DNA from: Candidatus Gottesmanbacteria bacterium UBA6580
GTDB taxonomy: Bacteria > Patescibacteriota > Microgenomatia > UBA10105 > UBA927
Assembly: GCA_002433895.1 (NCBI GenBank)
Contig: DJJA01000006.1
Location: 40,630 to 104,629 of the forward strand
Length of the DNA stretch: 64,000 nucleotides
Reading direction: 5' to 3'
Below, piece by piece: positions 1 through 9,173 of the stretch; position 1 is the first letter of the stretch, and every line of letters begins with the position of its first letter. The notes beneath the pieces are model-generated. The model saw only the letters and a list, made by a program, of their open reading frames with translations, did no database searches and was not told the DNA's origin. A program made the position numbers and the translations under genes.

Positions 1-10
1 TCCCACCCAA

Positions 11-3000
11 ATGTCAGTTGTTTCCTTTAATACAAATGCAACTGTCGAATCAGGCTTTACCAGTGACTTAGCGTCATTATCAAACGCAAGCGGCGTTATC
101 GACGATATTAACGGAAGTAGTGGTTACACCAATTGGGAAGATGCATTACAGGATTTGCATGGATTATTCCCTAATAGAGCAGACAAGCCTGACCTTATCG
201 TCTTTACAACCGACGGCGACCCTACCGAGAGTAGCGCCGGTGGACCAACCGTAAGTCAACCAAACGAACATTTAGCACCGGCAATCACCCAAGCGAATCT
301 TGCCAAAAATGCAGGTATCCGCATCATTACCCTGGGAATAGGATTAAGCGGTGCAGCAAGCCAAACCCGCTTGGAGCAAATCTCGAGCGCAGACGCAGTA
401 TATAACGCCGACAACTTTGACGACCTTGCCGACACCCTCAACGAACTCGTCAGCGATCTCTGCGGCGGCACGATCACGGTCAATAAGTATATCGGATCAG
501 TCAGTGAAGCAAACAGAGCTGAAACAGGCTGGACATTTAATGTCGCCGGTACCACAAGAGCGACTGATGCGAATGGACAAACTCAGCCGGTCGAAGTAAC
601 ACCTGGAACCTATTCAGTAACAGAAACCGGACTGGTAGATGGCTACACATTTGCTTCAGCAAGTTGCCAAACACAATCAGGAAGCCCGGTGGGTACCGCG
701 GCGGCAAACGGTGTCTCCGGAATTACGGTAGGTGCGTCAGATATTATTTCCTGTAATTTCGTGAACAACGAACCAGTCGCAACGATCGATATTTGTCATG
801 CCACCGGAAGTCATAACAATCCGTACATTGTAAACAGCCCGTCACGATCCGGAGACGTCAGCGGTCACGATGGACATAACGGGCCGATCTGGTTTCCGGG
901 CATATCGGTTGAGTGGGGCGATATAATTCCTCCATTTGATTACATCGGTGGCTCATATCCTGGTCAAAACTGGGATGCATACGGACAGCTGTTCTACCAA
1001 AATGGCTGCAATAAGCCTGCGACTGACATTTCTGTCACGAAATCAGATTCTCCGGATCCGGTAAATAACGGCGGCGTCCTGACGTATACCTTGTCTATCC
1101 AAAACAACACGGTTGTCCCTGCAGAAGATGTCGTGGTCAACGATACCCTTCCCGCAGGATTTGCGGTGACGAGTGTGACCCCAAGTGTCGGTAGCTGTTC
1201 GGATCAGACAGCGCCATCTATACAGTGTGAATTAGGTAATCTCGCTGCCAACGGATCGGCAACCATTACGATCGTCGGCACTATCACCACAGCACTGACG
1301 ACCATCACCAATTCCGTGAGTGTCACAACCGACAGTCCGGAAACGGTTACCAATAACAACACCGACACCGAAGATACCACCGTACTTCACTTTGGCTCAG
1401 TCAAAGTAAACAAGCTGCTGGATAGTGACGGTAATGGCTCGTTTGAAACCACGAACCCCGCCGCGTTTACATGGAGTTTGGATGGATCTGGAACCAATGC
1501 AATGGGAAGCACGGTAAACAACGTTACGCTTGGCGCTCACACAGTTAACGAAAATACTGTTGCCAACTATCACGTAGTCGGCTGGTTCCCGGGTGGGGTA
1601 AACAGCACACAGTATTCATGTACCAATTTGCCGCAGGGCAACACCACGCTTCCGGCAGCAATTACGGTTGCAGCGGATCAGACAACCGAAATCACTATCT
1701 GTAACGCGCTTGATACCGGCTCTATCACGGTGCGCAAGATGGTCGACCGCGATGGCAATGGTACTTACGACGAGACCAATCCGGCTGACTTCACCTGGAC
1801 ACTCGATGGTGCCGGTCCCTATGCCATGGGCTATTCCCACACAACAGTTCCGGTAGGCTCACACAATATCAATGAAAACAGTCCGTCAGATTACCATTTC
1901 GTTGGCTGGTTCCCGACAGGTCAACAGGGGTGGAGCTGCACAAACTTACCGACTGACACACAAAATACCAACTTCCACCAGTTACCAATTCCGGTGAATG
2001 TCGGTTCAGGCGGCACATCCGACTATACGATTTGTAACGCACGGGACACTGGCACAGTCACCATAACAAAAGAAGTAATTGGTGGCACAGCGCTTCCCTC
2101 TGACTGGGACTTTTCCATCAGTAGCGTTGCGGGAACATTTAAGAGTGGCAACAGTGTTACCCTTCCTACTGGCAGCTATACTGTTACGGAGTCCGGACCC
2201 GCTGATTATTCCGCAACCGGGGTAACGGGTATCTGTTCGGGACTGCAGGGTGGAACCGCGACCATGACCGTCACGGAAAACGGTGGCACCTGTACATTCA
2301 CCAATACCCGCGACACCGGATCCCTCAAGGTAAACAAACGGACTGACGGCAACGGAGATGGTGACTACAACGACAGCGGAGAAGGAGTAAATGGCTCGGA
2401 CTCCAACGGATTTACCTGGAGTATCGATGGCTCGGGCACCAATGCAATTGGCTCTACCGTAGCAGGCGTGACAACGGGTAACCACGACATTGGGGAAAAT
2501 ACGGTCGCGGGCTATCATTTCGTTGGCTGGTTCACGACTTCCAGCACACGGTACAGCTGTACTAACCCCGAAGGGACGACATTGCCGGTATCAGTTGCGG
2601 TTGCCAAAAATACAACGGCAGAAATCACGCTATGTAACGCACGGGACACCGGATCAATCACGATCATCAAAAACGCTATACCAAACAGTGACCAAAACTT
2701 CAGCTTTGACGTCAGCAGCGGGTTCCCCGGCGGGGATTTTGAACTCGAAGATGACGGCAATGACAACAATGGCGGCACGGAAGAAAGCAAAACCGTGACG
2801 GTCACGACCGGGCAGTACTGGGTTGAAGAAGATGGAGAAACAGGTTGGCATCTTACCTCACTAGTGTGTAACGATCAAAACGGCACCGTAAATATTGCAT
2901 CCGGCAGAGCCACGCTTAATGTAGAAACAGGCGAAGCAATTACGTGTACCTTCACGAACGAAAAACTTGGCACGCTTATTATCAAAAAAGACGCAACGCC

Positions 3001-5083
3001 AAATTCGGACGAAAATTTCCGGTTCACGAGATCATTTGGCGGCAGCTTCGAACTCGAAGATGACGGCAATGACAACAATGGCGGCACCGATGAGACCCGG
3101 ACATTTGAAAATCTCACGCCTGGCACGTACACCGTCACTGAGGATGCGGAACCCGGCTGGACACTTTCTGACATTGTTTGTTCCGACCAAACCGTACCAA
3201 ACGTACAGGGAAGATCAGTCACGGTAGATGTTGGTTATAACGAAACCGTCACGTGTACATTTAAAAATACCGAGCTTGGAAAAATCCGGGGCTACAAATT
3301 CAATGACACCAATGGTAATGGCAACCGTGACACCGGTGAAGCATACCTCAACGGCTGGACCATATTTATCGACGCAAATGACAACGGGGTATATGATGAC
3401 GGCGAACTGACCCAAACAACCTCTGGCCAATTCTGGTTCTTTGGTTGGAACGACGAAGGTGAGTACGAATTTGAAAACCTGTTACCGGGTACCTACAGTG
3501 TCTGTGAAGTGCCACAGACCAACTGGACGAACTCAACGCCCCTTTGCCAATCAACGACACTGACGGCAGGGGACACCGACAGCGTGTACTTCGGTAACCA
3601 TGAGCCATTAACCCTCCGCGCGTACAAAATCGTCTGCGAAAACGAATCTGACCTTCCCAACTGGGGAGACGATGACGCGCCGAATATTACCGCCACCACC
3701 GCTCAAAATTTTGTCGACAACAGCGAAGGAGCTTGCCGGTTTGAAGAAGGCTGGGATTTCCAATGGGGCTATGACGGCGAGGTTGTAAAGTATGGCAATG
3801 GCGATCAGTTGGGAGCAGCACCTTCACCATGGCAGACATTGGGAACAACCAATGCATCAGGGTACACCGAAGCCGCTATTACCAGCATTGATGAAGACGA
3901 TGATCTGTGGGTACGCGAAGTATTACGCGCAAATTATGTGCCGTTTAGTTATCCGCCGGCAGCACCTACGGAGAACGACTATTCTGCAGAAATTTACTGC
4001 CACCGGGACGGACAAAATTACGATAACTTTGACCGCGTGGATAACGTGCGGTTCGGGGAAACCTATTACTGCGTCGCGTTTAACGCACTCAACTCCGGCG
4101 ACATTATCGTCACCAAATACAATGATGACAACGGAAACGGCACGCAAGACGATGGCGAAGAAACACTTCCTGGTTGGGATATGAACGTCCAGTCGGTCGG
4201 AGATGATATCTACAACGCCACGCAAACTACTGGGCAAGATGGCACCACCACGTTTGAAGATGTGACGGTTGGTACCTATGTATTAACCGAAACACTCAAA
4301 GAAGGGTGGAGACAAACCGAATTAAGTTGTAGTGATGAAATAAAACAGGAAGAGCGATTTGTGGACGATACCGCAGACGACGTGGAAGAGGATGATAATG
4401 GGCGCTTTACCCTAAACGGTGGGCAGACAGTGCGCTGTAAGGTAGGAAACCAGTTTGTCAATCCTGACCTTACTATCACGAAATCCAACGACACTGCAGG
4501 TGGCGACCGGTCACCGGGTGGTAATGTCACCTTCACACTTACCGTGACGGCAACAGATAGCGCGGTGTTGGACGTCGTCGTAAAAGACTTACCTGCAGGT
4601 GGATTTACTTACCGGCCCGGTTCATGGACGGCGGTATCTAACGTCCGCGGCGATCTCAAAGCACTACTCGTCACGACCGAGCCAACCTATGCCTCACCAG
4701 GCACATGGAACCTGGGTGACATGCAGGAAGGCGAAATAGTCACGCTTACCTATATTGCGGATATCAGTAACGATGAACAGCCAGGGTTGTACCGCGATCT
4801 CGCGTGGGCACAAGGAAAAGATTTGCTAGCCAACAAAGTCGTTGCCAACGACACCGATAGCCCGCAATATTTCGTGGGTACCGAAGTGAATGTCGTCAAA
4901 AACGATCAGTCAGGTGCCTCCGTGAATGTAAAACAGGAAGTATTGGGGGCGGTCTTGGGCGCAAGCACCGAGTTACCTGCTACCGGAGCCAACAGTATCT
5001 GGTTTATCATTGCTGCCATCTTTATGTCTTTGGGTTCAGTTACAGCACTTGCCGGCTGGGTATTACGGAGGAAATATGCTTAA
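11..5083 (+). CDS. Giant sortase-anchored surface adhesin (vWA-like N-terminus, DUF11, repeated prealbumin/SpaA-like and SdrD-B-like domains, LPATG anchor); probably 5'-truncated by the window
   Basis: 1690-aa ORF. Has vWA-type LIVFTTDGDP and IRIITLGIG, DUF11-type ISVTKSDSPDPV..GGVLTYTLSI, repeated Y.V.E...GW...C..CTF.N modules, and KFNDTNGNG. Ends in ELPATG + hydrophobic helix + RRKY. Confidence 0.85.
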   Translation: MSVVSFNTNATVESGFTSDLASLSNASGVIDDINGSSGYTNWEDALQDLHGLFPNRADKPDLIVFTTDGDPTESSAGGPTVSQPNEHLAPAITQANLAKNAGIRIITLGIGLSGAASQTRLEQISSADAVYNADNFDDLADTLNELVSDLCGGTITVNKYIGSVSEANRAETGWTFNVAGTTRATDANGQTQPVEVTPGTYSVTETGLVDGYTFASASCQTQSGSPVGTAAANGVSGITVGASDIISCNFVNNEPVATIDICHATGSHNNPYIVNSPSRSGDVSGHDGHNGPIWFPGISVEWGDIIPPFDYIGGSYPGQNWDAYGQLFYQNGCNKPATDISVTKSDSPDPVNNGGVLTYTLSIQNNTVVPAEDVVVNDTLPAGFAVTSVTPSVGSCSDQTAPSIQCELGNLAANGSATITIVGTITTALTTITNSVSVTTDSPETVTNNNTDTEDTTVLHFGSVKVNKLLDSDGNGSFETTNPAAFTWSLDGSGTNAMGSTVNNVTLGAHTVNENTVANYHVVGWFPGGVNSTQYSCTNLPQGNTTLPAAITVAADQTTEITICNALDTGSITVRKMVDRDGNGTYDETNPADFTWTLDGAGPYAMGYSHTTVPVGSHNINENSPSDYHFVGWFPTGQQGWSCTNLPTDTQNTNFHQLPIPVNVGSGGTSDYTICNARDTGTVTITKEVIGGTALPSDWDFSISSVAGTFKSGNSVTLPTGSYTVTESGPADYSATGVTGICSGLQGGTATMTVTENGGTCTFTNTRDTGSLKVNKRTDGNGDGDYNDSGEGVNGSDSNGFTWSIDGSGTNAIGSTVAGVTTGNHDIGENTVAGYHFVGWFTTSSTRYSCTNPEGTTLPVSVAVAKNTTAEITLCNARDTGSITIIKNAIPNSDQNFSFDVSSGFPGGDFELEDDGNDNNGGTEESKTVTVTTGQYWVEEDGETGWHLTSLVCNDQNGTVNIASGRATLNVETGEAITCTFTNEKLGTLIIKKDATPNSDENFRFTRSFGGSFELEDDGNDNNGGTDETRTFENLTPGTYTVTEDAEPGWTLSDIVCSDQTVPNVQGRSVTVDVGYNETVTCTFKNTELGKIRGYKFNDTNGNGNRDTGEAYLNGWTIFIDANDNGVYDDGELTQTTSGQFWFFGWNDEGEYEFENLLPGTYSVCEVPQTNWTNSTPLCQSTTLTAGDTDSVYFGNHEPLTLRAYKIVCENESDLPNWGDDDAPNITATTAQNFVDNSEGACRFEEGWDFQWGYDGEVVKYGNGDQLGAAPSPWQTLGTTNASGYTEAAITSIDEDDDLWVREVLRANYVPFSYPPAAPTENDYSAEIYCHRDGQNYDNFDRVDNVRFGETYYCVAFNALNSGDIIVTKYNDDNGNGTQDDGEETLPGWDMNVQSVGDDIYNATQTTGQDGTTTFEDVTVGTYVLTETLKEGWRQTELSCSDEIKQEERFVDDTADDVEEDDNGRFTLNGGQTVRCKVGNQFVNPDLTITKSNDTAGGDRSPGGNVTFTLTVTATDSAVLDVVVKDLPAGGFTYRPGSWTAVSNVRGDLKALLVTTEPTYASPGTWNLGDMQEGEIVTLTYIADISNDEQPGLYRDLAWAQGKDLLANKVVANDTDSPQYFVGTEVNVVKNDQSGASVNVKQEVLGAVLGASTELPATGANSIWFIIAAIFMSLGSVTALAGWVLRRKYA
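2741..3087 (+). repeat. Two identical 38-bp direct repeats inside the adhesin (2741-2778 and 3050-3087)
   Basis: GAACTCGAAGATGACGGCAATGACAACAATGGCGGCAC occurs twice, 309 nt apart, encoding ELEDDGNDNNGGT. Confidence 0.95.
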
Positions 5084-6077
5084 TACATTAACGAAAATGA
5101 CGAAAATGACGATACTTGCATTCGCCGTTTCTTTTGCGGCACTTGCTTTCAATTCGACCGTGTTTGCGGCAGCTGGTGATGTAAGCGTGAAAGTTGAAAA
5201 ACCCAAAAGCCCAACCCGGATAAACAACTTTAACCTAAACTTCGTCGCGCTTGATATTGAAGGACGGGGAATTACCGCCAAATGCTTTAAGAAATCACCG
5301 AGCGAAGGATCATTCACACAATTCGGATCCGACATCGCGCTTTCCGCGGGCGGCAATACCGCAAATTGTGCAGTCACATCAAGCATATTGGGAGACAACG
5401 GTACGTACCAATTTTACGTGACAGCCACAGCTGGCGAAGATACTGCAACCAGCGAAACTGTCAGTGTTATCTACGACACCAACGGACCGGGAGACCCACG
5501 GGACTACAGCAAAACCAGGACGAACAGTTGTGAATATACTATTCACTTCAAAACCGCCGATGACGCGGGGATGACCGTAAAAGTAGAAGTGTACCGCTCA
5601 GAAAACACGAGCTTCTCGGCAGATGACGGATCACGCGTACTCACCGTCAACGCCGGATCAAATGAAACCCATGACGCCACCAATACCGTGCCCGACTGTA
5701 GTAAGAATTACTACTATGCGATCCGCTCATTTGACGCAGCCGGAAACGGATCAGGTATCGTCGGGGATAGTGAAGTGACCATCACCAACGCGACCACCAC
5801 GACGACCACGACTACCCAACAAACAGCAGGGGCTATACCGGTAAACCAGGGCGGCAGCGTGCTCGGTGATGAAGCTACCATCGGAGCGATGGGTGCGACC
5901 GGCACAAGCGGGGAAACACTGGGTGAAACCAGCCCCAGCGCTGAAGTCGCCGATATGGGGAAGAAAGATGACGCGAAAAATTCCATGGCTCGAAACCTGA
6001 TGCTCGGCGGTGGTATACTGCTATTGGGAGCAATCCTGTATGCCATCTGGAAAAAGCAACAAACCCAAACGCCGTAA
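5076..6077 (+). CDS. Secreted Ig/FN3-like protein with Thr-rich linker and C-terminal membrane anchor
   Basis: GGAGG SD then ATG at 5076 overlapping the adhesin stop. Signal peptide (VFA-A), YYYAIRSFDAAGN FN3-like strand, poly-Thr, GSVLG motif, C-terminal TM helix + KK. Confidence 0.75.
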   Translation: MLNTLTKMTKMTILAFAVSFAALAFNSTVFAAAGDVSVKVEKPKSPTRINNFNLNFVALDIEGRGITAKCFKKSPSEGSFTQFGSDIALSAGGNTANCAVTSSILGDNGTYQFYVTATAGEDTATSETVSVIYDTNGPGDPRDYSKTRTNSCEYTIHFKTADDAGMTVKVEVYRSENTSFSADDGSRVLTVNAGSNETHDATNTVPDCSKNYYYAIRSFDAAGNGSGIVGDSEVTITNATTTTTTTTQQTAGAIPVNQGGSVLGDEATIGAMGATGTSGETLGETSPSAEVADMGKKDDAKNSMARNLMLGGGILLLGAILYAIWKKQQTQTP

Positions 6078-6708
6078 GCCGCGCACCGGAAAGCGCGTAT
6101 CGGAAAAATCTTCTGTTTTGCGTCTCGCAAATACCCTAATGCTTGTCGGACTGTGGGGTATTGCTATCGCCCTGCTTATCACCGGTGTGACCTTGTGGCC
6201 GGCAATCCAGCTGGAACTTGGCTACACCGCGAAAAAAATCACCGCTCCCAAATCACTCGACATTCCCCAAGAGCCCATCGACAAAGAATTTGGCATTACC
6301 GTACCCAAAATAAATGCCAATGCGAAAATTATTCCAAACGTTGACCCGTTTAACAGTGTGGAATATCAAAAAGCCCTCACAAAAGGCGTGGCACATGCCA
6401 AAGGAAGCGCGTTTCCGGGAGAGGGCAGAAACACATTTCTCTTTTCCCACTCATCGGTTAATTTTTTTGAGGCACTCCGCTACAACTCTGTGTTTTATCT
6501 GCTTTCCAAAATGGAGCGTGGCGACCCTATTAACATATATTACCGGAACATCAAGTATACCTATACAGTAACGGATGTCCGCACGGTGCCATCGTCGGCG
6601 GTAGAGTATCTGTTCACTGTACCACAAACAGAAACGCTCACGCTTATGACCTGCTGGCCACCCGGCACCACATACAAACGGCTTATCGTCATCGCGGAGC
6701 GGATATAA
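6040..6708 (+). CDS. Sortase family transpeptidase
   Basis: N-terminal TM helix, catalytic His in FLFSHSS, TLMTC motif, and Arg in YKRLIV. Start codon uncertain. Confidence 0.9.
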   Translation: MPSGKSNKPKRRKPRTGKRVSEKSSVLRLANTLMLVGLWGIAIALLITGVTLWPAIQLELGYTAKKITAPKSLDIPQEPIDKEFGITVPKINANAKIIPNVDPFNSVEYQKALTKGVAHAKGSAFPGEGRNTFLFSHSSVNFFEALRYNSVFYLLSKMERGDPINIYYRNIKYTYTVTDVRTVPSSAVEYLFTVPQTETLTLMTCWPPGTTYKRLIVIAERI

Positions 6709-7218
6709 ATGGGCATCCTCTTCCTTATCATCCAACTCATCATGGCAGGATTTTTCCTGTTTCTCTGCCTTGCGTTTGTCACCGGAGGCCCGTTTGTCCC
6801 TTCCTCAAAAACATCGGTGATGGCGATGGTAAAACTCGCGAACCTCCGCTCCGGTCAAACCGTGTTTGATGTAGGAAGCGGTGACGGACGGGTGCTCATG
6901 GCGGCTGCCCGGCAGGGGGCAAAAGCCGTAGGAATTGAGATTAACCCGTATCTTGTATGGTATACGCGGTTCCGCGCCTTGTGGAGGCCGTACAAGGGCA
7001 AGGTTACGGTACTTTGGCAGAACCTCTGGACTACCGACTTGTCACGTGCCGATGTCGTATTTGTGTACCTCATCCCATGGAAAATGGCAGACCTCGCCGC
7101 GAAACTCAAAAAGGAACTCAAACCCGGTGCATTGGTTATATCCAACAGCTTCATCTTTCCCGGCTGGAAAGTGGTCAGAAAAGATACGGACCACCATGTC
7201 TATGCCTTTGTCATATAA
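6709..7218 (+). CDS. Membrane-anchored class I SAM-dependent methyltransferase (FAM173-like)
   Basis: N-terminal TM helix, GPFVPS, DVGSGDGR, GIEINP, ADVVFVYL. ATG directly follows the sortase stop. Confidence 0.8.
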   Translation: MGILFLIIQLIMAGFFLFLCLAFVTGGPFVPSSKTSVMAMVKLANLRSGQTVFDVGSGDGRVLMAAARQGAKAVGIEINPYLVWYTRFRALWRPYKGKVTVLWQNLWTTDLSRADVVFVYLIPWKMADLAAKLKKELKPGALVISNSFIFPGWKVVRKDTDHHVYAFVI

Positions 7219-7272
7219 CGCCTTTTCCTTCTCATCTTTCATTACGCCTATGAGCAGCGTATACTCATGGCT

Positions 7273-8193
7273 ATGACCCGTGATATTGTCAGCGTCACAA
7301 AGCTCACCAAGCGGTTCGGAAATTTCCCGGCGGTGAACGGTATTTCGTTTTCCGTTACGGAAGGTGAAATCGTGGGATTGTTGGGTCCAAACGGCGCGGG
7401 CAAAACCACGACGCTCGCAATGATGCTTGGCGTCATTGCGCCCTCATCGGGAGATATCAACGTCTTTGGCAAAAATTTTGCAACCCACCGGGAAGAAATC
7501 CTCAAAGACATGAATTATTCATCGGCCTACGTTAAGTCACCATGGCGCATGACGGTATGGGAACACGTGTATGTATTTGCCCTCATGTATGAGGTCGCAA
7601 ATCCGCGGCAGAAAACTGAAGAAATGCTTTCAACGTTTCATCTGACAAAACTAAGAAATACCCTGGGTGGCGATCTATCTTCCGGCAATAGCGCGCGGCT
7701 CAACCTCGCCAAAGCATTTGTCAATCAGCCGAAGCTCGTACTTCTCGATGAGCCGACGAGCTCCGTCGACCCGGATATTGCTGACCGTATCCGGCAGTTT
7801 ATAAAACTCTCGCGCGAAAAATACCAGACAACCATACTGCTTACATCCCACAACATGGCGGAAATCGAAGAGCTCTGTGACCGGGTCATATTTATGGATC
7901 ATGGAAAAATCGTCGCGGTAGACACGCCTGAAGGGCTGGCCAAAAAAATAAAAAAGACCCGCGTGCGCCTTATGATGCGCGATGGGCAGAAACGGACGGT
8001 AGAGTACTGCGCTACCCGCCACTTAACGTGTCAAACAAACGAACGCTATGTGATGATTGATATCAACGAACAACAAGTCGCCTCACTCCTCACCGATTTG
8101 TCAAAAATCGGTGCTGACTATACCCAAATTTCTATCGATAAACCGACGCTTGAGGATTTCTTTATCGGAAAGGCCCGCCATGAAACTGCTTAA
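7273..8193 (+). CDS. ABC exporter ATP-binding subunit (NodI/DrrA-like)
   Basis: Walker A GPNGAGKT, LSSG signature, LLDEPT Walker B, SHNM H-loop. Start 7267 or 7273. Confidence 0.9.
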   Translation: MTRDIVSVTKLTKRFGNFPAVNGISFSVTEGEIVGLLGPNGAGKTTTLAMMLGVIAPSSGDINVFGKNFATHREEILKDMNYSSAYVKSPWRMTVWEHVYVFALMYEVANPRQKTEEMLSTFHLTKLRNTLGGDLSSGNSARLNLAKAFVNQPKLVLLDEPTSSVDPDIADRIRQFIKLSREKYQTTILLTSHNMAEIEELCDRVIFMDHGKIVAVDTPEGLAKKIKKTRVRLMMRDGQKRTVEYCATRHLTCQTNERYVMIDINEQQVASLLTDLSKIGADYTQISIDKPTLEDFFIGKARHETA

Positions 8194-8977
8194 TTTTAAT
8201 AGAGTATACGCACTGGTGCTGCGGCACCTCCTCACCTGGCCGAGAAGCCTGGAGCGGATTGCCGATTCATTTTGGTGGCCCACGATGAACCTTTTTATCT
8301 GGGGGTTAGTCAACATCTATCTCCAAAAAGAAACGGGGACAACTGTATTTTTTGTACAGTTGTTTTTGGGAGGGCTCCTGATGTGGACACTCGTTGCCCG
8401 GTCACAGGAAGAAATGGGGTTATTGTTTTTACAGGAAGCATGGGACAGAAACCTGCTCAACATGTTTTCTTCGCCGCTCACCATCTGGGAATTCAGCATG
8501 GCGACGATCGTACTCGCCACCGCAAAACTACTGGTCACGTTCGTCTGGCTATTTATTCTCTCCAGCCTGCTCTTTGCCTTTAATATATTTTCATTGGGGT
8601 GGGTGCTCGTGCCGTACGCGCTTATCTTGATGATTTCGGGGTGGAGTCTGGGATTTTTTATCAACGGGCTTATCTTACAGTACGGGTACCGGGTGCAGGT
8701 ATTCGCGTGGACACTCACCATGATTATCCTCCCGTTTTCAAGCGTCTATTATCCCGTGAGCGCGTTACCTGTCTGGATGCAATATGTGGCACACGCGCTG
8801 CCGACCAGCTACGTGTTTGAGGGGATGCGGCAAGTGTTCCTGACGCAGCGTGTTGATGTGGCGGGTCTGGGTATCGCCATTGCGCTCAATATCGTGTATA
8901 CCGCGCTTGGCATGTGGTTTTTTTCCTGGAGCTACCGGCGTGCGCAGCAAAGCGGGATGATCATGAAATTCAGCTGA
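8180..8977 (+). CDS. ABC-2 type permease
   Basis: About 6 TM helices, YYPVSALP.WMQ and LPTSYVFEGMR. Overlaps the ATPase end. Confidence 0.88.
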   Translation: MKLLNFNRVYALVLRHLLTWPRSLERIADSFWWPTMNLFIWGLVNIYLQKETGTTVFFVQLFLGGLLMWTLVARSQEEMGLLFLQEAWDRNLLNMFSSPLTIWEFSMATIVLATAKLLVTFVWLFILSSLLFAFNIFSLGWVLVPYALILMISGWSLGFFINGLILQYGYRVQVFAWTLTMIILPFSSVYYPVSALPVWMQYVAHALPTSYVFEGMRQVFLTQRVDVAGLGIAIALNIVYTALGMWFFSWSYRRAQQSGMIMKFS

Positions 8978-8984
8978 GCATCGC

Positions 8985-9012
8985 TTGACATTACCCCAAA
9001 ATCGCCTACAAT
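8985..9012 (+). promoter_or_regulatory. Sigma70-type promoter of thrS
   Basis: TTGACA (8985-8990), 16 nt, TACAAT (9007-9012). Confidence 0.75.
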
Positions 9013-9018
9013 AAACAT

Positions 9019-9153
9019 ACTTCTCGTTTGCATGAGACGCAACCAACCTCAAAGAGAAGCGCTGCATCAGCGTAAAGATGTCAAATCAAGATCACCGTAA
9101 CGTCAGATGGAACCGCCCCAAAAAATGGAGCTCTGACGAGAGGGTGATTTTTT
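9019..9153 (+). ncRNA. T-box-like leader RNA of thrS
   Basis: CGTCAGA (9101-07)/TCTGACG (9132-38) helix, TGGAACC bulge (9108-14), GCCCCA/TGGAGC helix, T-run at 9148-53. Stem I is short and non-canonical. Confidence 0.55.
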
Positions 9154-9173
9154 GTGTAAAAGGGAGGATGAGT

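Noticed and set aside
9032-9100. Thr leader peptide before thrS
   Set aside because: The short ORF (MRRNQPQREALHQRKDVKSRSP) has no Thr codons. A T-box-like structure fits better.
9078-9173. N-terminal extension of ThrS given by the ORF track
   Set aside because: It overlaps the structured leader, and the SD points to ATG 9174.
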